In this document: positions 52,255 to 64,000 of the stretch, in pieces
How the letters are laid out: the number at the start of each line of letters is the position of its first letter
How positions within the stretch are numbered: position 1 is the first letter of the stretch
NCBI GenBank assembly: GCA_963514005.1
Contig: OY740803.1
Span: 44,082,001-44,146,000, forward strand
Length of the DNA: 64,000 nt
DNA from: Raja brachyura
Lineage: Eukaryota
Reading direction: 5' to 3'
Position numbers and translations under genes: made by a program
Notes under the pieces: model-generated
Database searches by the model: none
Seen by the model: only the letters and a program-made list of their open reading frames with translations
What the model was told of the DNA's origin: nothing

Positions 52255-53606
52255 GTGAGTCGTGCGATTGTTTAGCACAGGACATGTTTATACCTGATGT
52301 GCAAAGGTGTCTCAAGTTTTTCATGCTTATTTCATGGAGTCATACAACATAAAAACACATCCTTCTGCCAACAAATGAAGCGCCTTTTCATACCAATCCC
52401 ATATAATTCTTCCTCTGATCCCATCAGCTACCAATGGATTCTACCGCTTGCCTACATACTATTGGCAATTTATCTTGACCAATTAGTCTACCAACCTGCA
52501 CGCCTTTGGAATATGGGAGAATACCAGGGGAAGAGCAGCAAACTCCAGCACTGTAGGTCAGAATTGAACCAGCGTCTTTGAAGCTCTGTGGCAGAAGCAC
52601 TGGTTATTGGGATGCCTTATTTGTTCTCTGGAGATAAATGTTACTGGCATGGTTGGCATTTATTCTCCATTCATACTGGTCTCCTGGGCTTTGTGGTTAC
52701 ATTACTGATAGTTTTTCAATATTGTGAAATGACATTTTATAGTTACCATGGTGGCATTCAAACCCCTAATCTCATTTGTGCAGGCCCCTGACTGTTAGTC
52801 CAGTGATTTAACCACAATACTACTGTAAATAACACATTGCTGGAGGAACTTGGCTGTTTTGTGGGGGTAGGGTGATAAGCAATTTTCAAGACCTTGTAGC
52901 AGTCCTAATGTAGGGTCTCAACCTGAGACGTCGACAATTCTTCTACCCCCCCCCCCCAGACCTACTAAGTTCCTCCTGCAGTCTGTTTTCTGCTGTGGGT
53001 TCCAGCAACAGCAGTCTTTGTGTGTATCTCTCTGTTGCTGTGATTGACTTGCATCTGATGTGCAACGTGAATTCTATTAAAATCGTTGTGAAGTAATCTT
53101 TTACCTGCATTTTTAAAAAAATGAATATACTGCCAGATATTTTCCAGATAACATTCTTGTTCAAATATTATGTTAATATAAAGATATTTGGCATTTAAGT
53201 CAGAAATTTAAAATTTTGTTTAATATATACGTTTATTTTATTAAGTGTACATCAAAACAGTCAGACTTCTTTGAGATATTAGTCCTCACATCAAATACAA
53301 TCTTATGCTGAAGCTGAGGTGTGAAATAGATTTGTAGTATGTGTCTCTGCTAACAGAGTAAAAATCAACGTTAATTGGTGGTGAACGACAGCATGTGTGT
53401 GTGCGTGGTAAAATTACAGCTTTCAAGGGGCTGAGTCTGGAGGAGGAAAACGTCACTTGCACATGACTAATCTGAGGATCCAAGGTACAAACGCTGCTTT
53501 TGCAGTGGGTGTCTGTGTGTGGGTGTTCAGGGGGATTCTTGTTTCCTTGACATTATTGAAAATGAATGTTTTAAGCTCTGCAGCTGACGTTCTCTTGCTG
53601 TTACAG

Positions 53607-53678
53607 TTGAAAGTGTTCCACAATGAGCTGCTGATGCAACTGGAGCAGAAGGTTGAGTTGGATGCCAAGTACTTAAGT
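53607..53678 (+). CDS. BAIAP2: BAIAP2-family coding exon (equivalent to exon 5), 72 nt
   Basis: ctgttacag|TTG ... AGT|gtaagt. LKVFHNELLMQLEQKVELDAKYLS (within ORF 53457..53768) vs recalled IRSp53 LKSFHNELLTQLEQKVELDSRYLS. Confidence 0.94.
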
Positions 53679-55803
53679 GTAAGTTCCAGGCTCGCTTCTC
53701 CACTGTCACACCACTTTATTAATCACCATGTATTAATCTGCCCCTACACTTATCCTGCAATATTATAGCAAAAATGGCATCTATTCAAATACATTATAAG
53801 TAAATAGTGTGAACTGATTACAGCATCATAACCTGGTAGGGGTTTTGACTAAAGATGAACGCAAAAAAGCTGGAGTGACTCAGCGGGTCAGGCAGCATCT
53901 CTGGAGAAAAGGAATGGGTGACATTTCGAGTTCCCCCCGCCATGGGTACCATGTCATCCCACGCTACCTGCTCCATGGTCGGATAGTCGGCGACTAAACC
54001 GTCTCCCCCACCTGGTTTGCCAGGCGAAGAGGGGGCTGTGGACCCCCAGCAAGACCAAAAACAAGACCTGTCAAAGGGCGGATGAGCTTCTAGCGAGCCA
54101 ACGGCCATCCACATTTCAGTAGAAGTTGCAATCACTGTCGTACGGAGTGAAGAAAAACATGAAATGTAATTCTTCTTTGTCCTTGCTTCTCAAAAGAGAA
54201 GTTGTTAATTAATTAATTAAAGAGATACTGCCTGACTGGCTGAGTTACTCGAGCACCTTGTGTCTATCTTGGTTTTAAACCAGCATCTGCGGTTCCTTTC
54301 TACACAGGTGTTTTTGACTCTATGTTTTATGACCATGAGGATTGAGTTACAGCTCTGAGATTATTGCCATCCACATGCAATTTATAAGCAAAGTGATGAT
54401 TTAAAAGAATTCAGATTTGGCTAGTTTTTATTTCCAGGCATATTGGTTCCTGGAATATTTTCTGCTGAATATTTCTGGTGTAGATTCTCTAGACATATAG
54501 TTAGTTGCTACGTTTTAAATTATGACTACCTTAACTGCAGTGGTAGATGGACCGTAAACATCTTAATGAAAATTTGCATTGGACCTGTTTTTAAACACTA
54601 TTCTGTTGTCCAGTCATTGGAGGTTTCTTGATATTATTCAGCTAAATTAACATTCGATTTGCATTCTTAATTCAAATATAGGTTCAGTCACTCGGGACAG
54701 TAGAACTTGTTCTCCCGGGGGGGGTGAATATATAGGGCAATGTAGGTTCAATCACTGAATATATTCAAGGGCAATAGATTTTTTCATATTAGGGTTTCAA
54801 GGGGTTATGGTGTTAATACATGTAAGGGGGTACAATATCAGCCATGATCGTGTAGCAGGTGTAGGGGACTAAACAGTCTATTTTTCCCTGTTCTTGTATT
54901 CGGATTATCTTAAATGTTTGAGTTAATTTGACTCGTATACAAGTTTGCTCACTCGCACATTAAATTTTATACACTGTTTGCATTTTCTTGGACAAATTCA
55001 ATTTGACCTTTTGGTGTGAACTTACTTCATTTGATACAAGACTTTCTTGAGAAACATTTGTGCTTCTGCAAGTTAAATATACCTACTTTTGATATTGTGT
55101 AACGCAGATTCAGCATTAATATGTGAATTCATGCAGTCAGATGTTATGATGGATCCTATGTTTAAAGTCTCATACTCCAGTGGCAATTCTATTTTAAAAG
55201 TTGTAAAATTTGTAGACTGGCTTGCTTGCTCCAGTTAATTGAGCTCTGATTTCGAGACTCCCTTATGATGCCAATAAGCCAGTTAGAAACTTCATAAATG
55301 TGCATTGTGCATGTGTTGGAGGCATTGGTAACTGCTGGAAAAGCATCACCCGTCACTTAAACTGATCCACAACAAGTAGTATATATTTTGCACATTGAAC
55401 CGAAGTCCCAAGATGCTTCAAACAGAGGTTCCTTAACATTCTTTCTTCTGGTCTTCTATCTTATTAGTGGCATATGAATCATTGTCAGTGAATGGCTAAG
55501 ATGTCTGCAGCTATCTCCTTAAACAAGGCCTCGTTGTATTTTTTGGTTGTTTTAGAAGGCCAGAGTAGTTATTTCACTATTGTCTGTGAACTAATTAATC
55601 TCTTAATATGCAGCTTGCAGATCAGTGTATATTGAACCATTAGAATGTGAATTAATCTGAAACCAATTTGATATTAAACCCATAATTACTCTTCCCTCTA
55701 CCTTAACAAAGCCCAGCAATTACTGGTCTCCTTTCTTGCTGAGGTAATATTTACATTATGACTGTTTTTATTGGTGCATTTGTATTTACATTTTTCCCTT
55801 TAG

Positions 55804-55941
55804 GCCACATTGAAGAAATATCAGGCTGAGCATAAAGCCAAGTTGGAGTCTCTGGAAAAATGCCAGGCAGAACTGAAGAAACTTAGAAGAAAGAGTCAGG
55901 GCAGCAGAAATCCTCAGAAATACGAAGAGAAAGAGATGCAG
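55804..55941 (+). CDS. BAIAP2: BAIAP2-family coding exon (equivalent to exon 6), 138 nt, including the basic patch of the I-BAR tip
   Basis: tttttccctttag|GCC ... CAG|gtacgt. [46 protein letters not shown] (ORF 55810..56037). Family assignment is secure; BAIAP2 vs BAIAP2L1 is less certain for this exon. Confidence 0.92.
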
Positions 55942-58074
55942 GTACGTCCTTCGACCAAGGTGGATTTTCATGAGAATGGTTCTTTGAGTTTTTCCAAAAA
56001 TACTCTTGGAGACATTAATTGGGAATTGAGTGTGTGAGTGGGAATGGAAATGGGAATTTTCAATTTTCGTCTGATGGGTATCTTGCAGATTAGTCCACTT
56101 TATCATGGATGGTATTAAACATATATATTTCGCCCCATTCATCTAACAGAGAGGTCTATGAAGTTGGGTTCAGGCCAAGCTCTGATAGCCATGGATACCC
56201 TACACAGATCTTCTGTTACTTGTTACAGATGTTACTTGTTTCATGTTGGATGGAAATAGTAAATTGGTGATTTTGAGTTCAAAGTATATATTTGGAATAA
56301 TGCAAAATTCATGTTGTGCTGCACCTTATTCAGAGTATTTAATGTTAAAATATGACAATTGAGTGTACACATTCACAAAATATACCAAAAATGCAAACAA
56401 CATTTTCTCTCCTCATTAGGAAATGGAGCTTGAGATTGTATAGGAAAATATCGTGGTTTGATAATCTAGGTGAATAATCCAAATTGATAAATTCTAATTT
56501 GTTTGCCACTTCGGGAGCCTGACCTATACACCCCAGAAATTAGCAATGTCAGGAATACAAGAGACTGCAGATGCTGGAATCTGGAGCCAAACAATGGTGG
56601 GGTTCTTGCCAAGTATCGACATCTTCAATGGTGAAGAAACAAAAGCCATACGTGATTTGGAAAATGGGAACTGATCCAACATCCAACATGTTTTGTAGGG
56701 CAATAAAACAATAACAAGAATATAGGACAAATAGTCCACTTCAGTGTATCAAGTGTGTACATTTGCTCAGTTTATTTATTTTTTCCCAAAACAGGTGCAA
56801 TCAGCAACCTAATTTGGGTTATATTAAAAAAATTGTTAAACATGCTGAAATCAAAAATTGAATTGTTGTAAAGCACTTCAGAGGCTGGGTCTGATTTATC
56901 TGAAATGGAGGTTAAGAGGGTATTATTAAGTTATGCAAAATTGATGGATATAGCAAGGGTAGACGGTAAGAAACATAGATTTTGGGAAAGTGGATAAGAT
57001 TTAGAGGAGGAGATCTTTTCATCAGTGTCCAACTAAGGAATACACTGCCTGAGAGAAAGGTAGAAGCCAAGTCGTTTACAGCATTTAAGACATGGTTCGA
57101 AGAGGACAGAATCAGCCAAGCAGAGAAGGCTGCGGCCCAAGTGCCAGAAGATGGGGGTCATTAATAATAATGAGTCCCCGCTCGTTGCAGTGGAAGTGAT
57201 GGGCTGAAAGGCCTGTTTTCATGTAATTCCATTCCATGAATTTCCTCGAGTATTGACCCCCCGGAGATGGAAATCATCAACACCAAAAGTTCAAGTGATA
57301 ATTAAAATACAGGGAAGATTCACACAGTCCACATGTGTTATTGAACCATTATTTGCTACATGTTAACATGTTTTTTAAAGTGATAGACATCACATTTTTT
57401 TGTTTCCAGATCTTCTCGAATCAATAGCAAGTTCCTGGAAAGATCTTTGCATAGCAATCAGCCAGAGCCCCCCCCTGCTAATATATTTTATCTTCTTTAG
57501 TAGGGGCAACTTGGAAGACTACTGTAGTGTTGCTAATGATGCTTAGGCACTGAAGCTGGTATCATGCGGGACTGTGCAGCTAGTAATAAAACATTGATTA
57601 ATTTCCCTCGTGAAACACTGGAGGGATACAAAGCTTGTTTCTTGCTTGGCCTTGAAGTAGAGCAGGAGTCAGAGAGCCTCTCTTTATGTAACTTGCTGAG
57701 TGCTGATGGTAATTTTTAATGAATCATACATCAATTGAAATACTGTATATATTTTAAAATCCCAACATGTTAATTGCAGTTGCTGTTTATTCAAATCCCA
57801 TGCTTTAGATAATCCAAATCAAAGAAATCAATAATTCAAATTTTAATGAATTTAACTACATATTTCCTCAAAGTTTAAACATTTTATTGTATTTCCATGT
57901 TATTTATATGCTTCTAAGTGTGCTATATCATTGCGCAGTACCAAAGCTGTATTAATAGGAGTAGTGAGATTGTTTTTCAATACTTGGCTTGGACAAAGAC
58001 TTGCACTGTTTAGGCTAATTGCTTTTGTAGAATTGACTTTTAAGTAGAATCCTTCAATCCTTTTTTAAAAATGT

Positions 58075-58467
58075 GGAGTGGCGCAGCTGGTAGAGTTGCT
58101 GCCTCACTGTGCCAGAGACGCAGGTTCGATTCTGACCTCGGCTGCTGTCTATGTGCAGATTGCACGTTCTCCCTGTGGGCTTCCTCCAGGTGATTTGTTT
58201 TCCTCCCACATCTCGAAGATATGCGGGTTTGTAGGTTAATTGGGCTCTGCAAATTGACCCCTAGTGTCTAGGGAGTGGATGTGATTGTGGGATAGCATGG
58301 AACTGGTGTGAACGGGTGATCGATGGTCATTGTGGACTTGTAGCATTCTGTGTGCTAAAAGAATTACGAAAGAATGCATGCTGTTATCTAACGCATCTTG
58401 CTAAAAACTAAGATGGTTTAAATTTGCACAGGGTTTGTTTCCATGCCATATCAACAAACTAAACTAA
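58075..58467 (+). mobile_element. V-SINE (HE1-like) with an internal inverted duplication of flanking DNA
   Basis: gtggcgcagctggtagag A-box-like and ggttcgattc B-box-like motifs, V core, tail aaactaaactaa. Confidence 0.82.
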
Positions 58468-60514
58468 TTCTGCAAATTTAAACCATCTAAGTATGCAAGA
58501 AAATGTATTAAATAACAGCATTTTTTTTTGTAGTACTTTTAGCATATGGAATGTTCCAAATTGCTTTGCAGAAGTGTAATCAAAATTGTTCTGACACTGA
58601 ACTACAAAGACGTATGAGAGCGGTTAACCAGAAGTCTGGTCACGTGCATATTTTAAGAGGCTAAAGAGGAAGGAGAGGTTGCGGGAAGGTCTTCCAGAGA
58701 AACAGGCTGTTGTGGTGGAATGATTTAAGATTCATGGTGCATGAGGCAAGACTGGTGGATTTTAGAGGTCTCTGGGGTTTTGAACAGGAAGGCATGTTTT
58801 TCCCGGAAAAGGGAAGGTGCAATATCGTGAAGAAAATGTATAAACCAGGATGAGAATTTAAAATCAAGGCATTGACTGATGGAAACCATCATAGTTGTCA
58901 AGTAGGGATGATGGATAAATTCATCTTTCTAGATATTATGTGTTGGAAAATTTTGGAAGAAGTTGAGTATGGGAAGATTGTTGGAAGAAGTTGAACGGAG
59001 AGTGCCGGTTCAATCCAGAGGAAAGCATGGATGAACTTTTAATGGTTAACCTGGCTATTTATTCTCCAGTGGCATTTATGTATAATGTACCAAGAAAATT
59101 AGTATTATTTTTTTCTATTTTCATTAAAGTGATACCATGCAGTTTGAAGCTGTTTGTGCCCTTCCCATTGACCACCTTTGCAATCAGAGAAGTGTATTTA
59201 ATGAGGTATGCAGTCGGTTAAAATATTCCAGTGTTTAGGACATTTTGTACCGTAACCAGTGAAAGGATTTGAAAACAGCTTTTCTTTTTAACTTGAGTCA
59301 GCCTGAGGACAAACCGTGGTTGGAAAAGCTAGCAAGTAAGCATTTGAAAGAAAAGTGAGCTGTCGTAATATGCGTCTCTCTCTGTATTTGCTGAGTAAAA
59401 TTTATTTTTGTGTATCGGATGCCATGGCGACGTAACCATATAAGGTACTGGGGCAGAATGTGCTGTTGCTATGATGTGATGCTGAGAATCCTATGCCTCA
59501 GTGATGTGTTATCGCACCACTGGCAGAGCCATTTCAGCTACGTTCAAATGGGCTCATTAAAATTTATAGTGCTGAAACATTTGCACCTGTGTGTTTCACA
59601 CACAGGAACACCGTGTGCTGGTTTTCCATCACTCAGACTCGCAAAGCACAGATTTCTTCCTTTTCAAGAAAAGTAGTTATCCTCAACATGTTTTATATTT
59701 ATGCATGTGGCCTCTTCCATCCTTCACCCTACCACAGGCAAATAGTAGTCGATGTAAATTGTAAGCTACTCAGGAACATTTAACTTGTATATAGATTATC
59801 ATTTTGACAGATGGCCTATCAATTTTTAAATACCTTTCCACACTATTTTGTTCGGACTTTTTTAACACCTGACCGTTCATTTTTCTTCAATAACATACTT
59901 TTTCAGTTAATGTTATTACGCAACCCATATATTAGTTAATTCCATAGTTTCTATTTGTGGAAATCTGTGGTTTCCGAGTAGATTTTAATAACAGTCCTAG
60001 ACTTGGCCCTTCCTTGTGCTTAACTTAATTCTATGTTTGAACTAGCTGGAACTTCAAACCAAGAACTCACTGAGAAACTTTCAAGAGACTTGCATTAAAT
60101 GTAATACTCTTGTCCAATGTAAGGTAACATAAAGCTAAAAGTTTTAATAAAGTAAAATGCATGCCGGAAAATATGATTGACAGAGACTGACAAATCCCAC
60201 ACTTGGTGATGGTTGGTTACCATTTTTAGTTGCAGTCAGGCACCTTTTGCTTACTGGAAGTTGTGGATAGCCTATAACACCAATTAGTGTCCATAGCTGT
60301 CAGTTCCACAGCCACATCAGCACCTGTGGGTTACGCATCGAAGGGAAAACAAAGTGACAAGAATAACAGATTGTCATTTTAACTTGACATTTTGTCACAA
60401 AGGTTGTGCATGGGATTTGAACACACACTGATTTACATTTGCATATTAAACTAATATTAAAGATGTTCAACCAATCAATGAAATAAGTGCAGAATTGGCA
60501 TCAATGGACCCTTT

Positions 60515-60697
60515 TTTATGAGATACAGCGTGGAAACAGACCCTTGGATCCACTAAGTCTGGGCTGACCAGCGATCGATCACCCACTTGCATTATCCTAC
60601 ACACTTGAGCCAATTTGCAAATTACATAAGCCAAGCAACCTACAAACCTGTATGTCTTTGGAGTGTGGGAGGAAACCGGAGCACCTGGGGAAAACCA
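60515..60697 (-). mobile_element. V-SINE 3' half
   Basis: gtgtgggaggaaaccggagcacc core plus tail. Confidence 0.78.
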
Positions 60698-61550
60698 ACA
60701 GGGCAAATACTAAATTAGCTGACTGATTTGAATGTGAGACTAATTTGGAATAAAATAGATAATGCTGATAGTAATCCAAACCCATAGGTGGCCATTAAAA
60801 CAAATGCTCATTATTGTACCACTGTCCACTTCTCCAGAATTTCACTCTTAACCAATGTTTTTGAAACTTTTCTACTCTAACTTTTTTAAATGACTAATAT
60901 GAAAGGTAACTTTACCCTCCCCCTCCTCTTGTATTGTAAACCCACTAACTGCAATGAGTCACACTCAGTCAAATTGCTAGCAGTGTTTCCGCAGTGATTT
61001 TAGAGGGTTGTCATAACATTTAAAGACTCCTAAACGCTCAGTGTAGGTGTGTTACTTCCAAGGACATTAGATTTGACTGCAAGCACAGATTTTCCAGATT
61101 AATTATTTTTCGAGGATTCCCCTATAACCTATAATGGAAGGTTTTGGTCTGTCAAATGTTGACATCATGAACAAAATCAGTTCTTATTGCATGTCTTTAT
61201 TATTCTTCCTTTACAAATATATTCAAATTGATTTTTTAAAGAATCTGTGTGAATGAACTCATGAATTTGCTGAAATATGTTCTTACAATTAAAATTGTCA
61301 GTGACTCCGATTCATTTTCAATTGAGTTTTACTGCTGGGTCAAAAGTTACGTTTTGCTTTATATCCAATTATTATAAATTTAAGGATTCTGTACCTTGTA
61401 TAACTTATTACTTCCACTGCATTTAAAGATATGTCTACACAAGACTTTCTTACTGCTCTGACCATATAAAAATACTATTTAACGTGTATTTCCTCAAGTG
61501 CTTAGATTAAATGTGTTTTATTTCATTATTGTTCCTCCTTGGACTTGCCT

Positions 61551-61825
61551 ATTTAGTTTAGTGGAACCAGGCCCTTCGGCCCACCGAGTTCGTGCCGACC
61601 AGTGATCCCTGCACATTAACACTACCCTACACACACTAGGATAATTTTACATTCATGGCAAGCCAATTAACCTACAAACCTGTACGTCTTTGGATTGTGC
61701 GAGGAAACTGAAGATCCTGGAGAAAACCAACGCAGGTCACAGGGAGACTGTACAGACAAGCACCCATAGTCAGGATCGAACCCAGGTCTCCAGTGCTGTA
61801 AGGCAGTAGCTCTACTGCTATGCCC
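61551..61825 (-). mobile_element. V-SINE (HE1-like)
   Basis: Tail ggcccttcggcccaccgag, core, and head caggatcgaacccagg. Confidence 0.82.
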
Positions 61826-63081
61826 ATATTTGACCATATTAATTCTGCCATCTGCCTATCAACTCTTTCTGCTGACTTTCATAGTCTCTCATAGCGATTT
61901 GTAACCTTACACCATCGCTAAGCTATGATCTGTTTTTAATTCTAAATTATTTCTGCACTGTTTTTTATTTACATGTGCTATGATGTGGAGCATGACCTGC
62001 TGCATTGTTTTCCGGTCTGAAAAGCTTCCCTATGACTATTTGCTGACCGAAACCCTATTGCTTACAGCGTTTTTGCTGACCGAAAACCATTCTTCTTTGA
62101 CCACATTGTCTCTTTGTTATTTGTCTTTATCTTGACAGTAAACCACGAAGAAAAAAAACATTTTATTTAAAAAGCACTCTGTTCCTAATTTACAGACATT
62201 GATTTTTGAAATTGAGTCATCTGAACTATATCCATATTTCTATGTCATTGGTTTCTTATAGACAACCTAGCATTTCCAAGTGATGTGCAGTTTGTCTCCC
62301 TCCCCAACACAGCTGATATTGCTAAGATTGAGAGATAATGATGTGCTAGTCATGAATGTGAACCCATGTCATTACAGCCTACTGGAGCACCACTTCAACA
62401 TCATCCCACCGCTTAATGCACCCTCGGCTAATTGAGCATTTAAAATAAGTAGGATCATGCATAGTAGTATTTTACTATCATTGGTTGCATTTACGTGGAT
62501 GCAATGAATATATTTACTGTGATTGTGAAGATGATATTTTAGTATTCTGTGCAAAACATTGTCATTGTTTTTACAATTGCCACCCAAGGGTCATTTCTTA
62601 CTGTTTCAATAGATGCAACTTTTTGGGTGAATGGTTTTGCTTTTTTTTTTGACTTTCATTAAAATATATACCAGGTGCCTTGTGATTGCTTGGGTCAGAG
62701 TTTGACCCTTTCTCCCGGGAGTTGAAGCTGACCACCAGTTAGTTGTCTGTGATAAAACTCCAGGTTTGACAGCTGTTTCATGAGAGCTAACTGTCACCAC
62801 CAAAAAAAGAAATGTACCCCTTTATTTTCCTGCGAATGATAGACCAGCCTACATGGTTGTCCAATCTGATTCATATTATTTTTAGCATAATTCGGACAGT
62901 TGTGTTGTTGAAACATATAAATGGGGATAATTAGTGCAACATCATCCAGTCTACCAGTGGCTGTGTATCTTTGTTGATATTTTGGTATTTGATTTAAAAA
63001 ATGTTGGGTGTTTTCTAGATATTACCATGGTCATGGTACCATTTTTGCATTCACTCTTCTCTCATCTGACATCCTTTTGTC

Positions 63082-63178
63082 GGTACACAAAATGCTGGAG
63101 AAACTCAGCGGGTGCAGTAGCATCTATGGAGCGAAGGAGATAGGCAAAGTTTTGGGCCGAAACCCTTCTTCAGACTTG
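63082..63178 (-). mobile_element. Penelope pLTR-derived insertion, single arm
   Basis: Target-site duplication gac(a/t)tccttttgtc at 63068-63081 and 63179-63192. Confidence 0.83.
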
Positions 63179-64000
63179 GACTTCCTTTTGTCTCCTTTTC
63201 ACCTCTTGCTTTGTCACTTACACCACCCATTGTAATCATGTATTGTCTTTCTGCTGACTGGGTAGCACGCGACAAAAGCTTTTCACTGTACCTTGGTACA
63301 CGTGACAGTAAACTAAATTGAACTGAATATGCCCTCACCTGTGTACACCTATCATTTGCCAAACGTTGTTCTGCCCCACCTATCTCTTCCAGCTTTCTCA
63401 TCCTTACTCCAATCACTCTGAAGAAGGATCCCAACCCAAAACTGTGTTCATTCCATTCCATTCACAATGTTGCTAGACTTGCTGATTTCCTCCATCACTT
63501 TGTGTATTGCATAATATTCCAGCACCTGCAGTTACTTGTGTGTCCATAGGGCAATCGGTAGTGGGAAAGGGCAGATTTACACCAGTGAGGGTGCCAGTCT
63601 AATCAGTAAGTGCTGAGGAGCTGTGTACTCAATGAATAATGGGTTGTGGAATGAGTGTTGCATGCATACTTTTAATCTCAATGTCCTTAACACTATTTGG
63701 TAATGTCTTATTTTTTTTAACTTTCTTTGCACATTGATTAACTGATAGCACAACAATTGCGTCGGCTACGAGTTTCTGTCTGTTCAGCTTAAGTGATTTC
63801 CATAGGTTTCTCCCCGCAAGTAATGCCGTTCCCAGCTATGAAAAGAATTTCTGGTATGACCTATTTCCTGTAGCTATGGCGACAGCCTATCGTGAGATTT
63901 GTATTAGGGAAAACACTAGGGAGTTATGAAAAATTACATTTCAATGCATAACTGAAGATCAAAGATGTTTGAGGCAACCTTTGCCTAGGTGAAAATTTGC

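Noticed and set aside
53940-53990. Complete HDV-like ribozyme using gccatgg/ccatggt as P1
   Set aside because: P3, L3 and P1.1 could not be assigned, and CCATGG is self-complementary, so the pairing may be incidental.
55942-56037. In-frame read-through past the last visible exon as a possible truncated isoform
   Set aside because: A good donor CAG|gtacgt lies at the conserved boundary and the extension has no recognisable similarity. Transcript evidence would be needed.
58075-58150. tRNA gene
   Set aside because: The A- and B-box-like motifs belong to a tRNA-derived SINE head that runs into the V-domain core. No complete cloverleaf.
415-63461. Most short ORFs in the supplied track
   Set aside because: No recognisable domains or splice context. 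Many are translations of SINE, CR1 or pLTR repeats (recurring DAA.PAELLQHF and GFLPHSKD peptides) or chance ORFs.
55942-64000. Next BAIAP2 exon (expected ...EERRRFCFLV... peptide)
   Set aside because: Not found by eye; it probably lies beyond the window.

Overview
Vertebrate genomic DNA, AT-rich, CpG-poor and repeat-dense. The repeat content suggests a cartilaginous fish, probably a skate or ray (inference). The window lies inside one + strand gene of the IRSp53/BAIAP2 family. Five phase-compatible AG/GT exons (8914-8989, 15529-15615, 52193-52254, 53607-53678, 55804-55941) splice into 145 codons of the I-BAR/IMD domain. The first exon and the downstream exons were not found in the window. The rest is intron filled with decayed mobile elements: a Tc1 transposon, CR1, Rex/Babar-like and Vingi LINE fragments, V-SINEs and a Penelope (GIY-YIG) fragment. 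The most notable signal is a family of more than 20 short Penelope-derived insertions. They are often palindromic, have variable 9-16 bp target-site duplications, and carry a minimal hammerhead-ribozyme core (CTGAAGA-A-stem II-GAAAC-GTC). Two intact sense-strand cores sit in the 36.6 kb intron, and many other copies have lost the catalytic G through a CpG-type change. Most ORF-track entries are noise or repeat fragments. Repeat boundaries are approximate, and family names come from recognition, not database searches.
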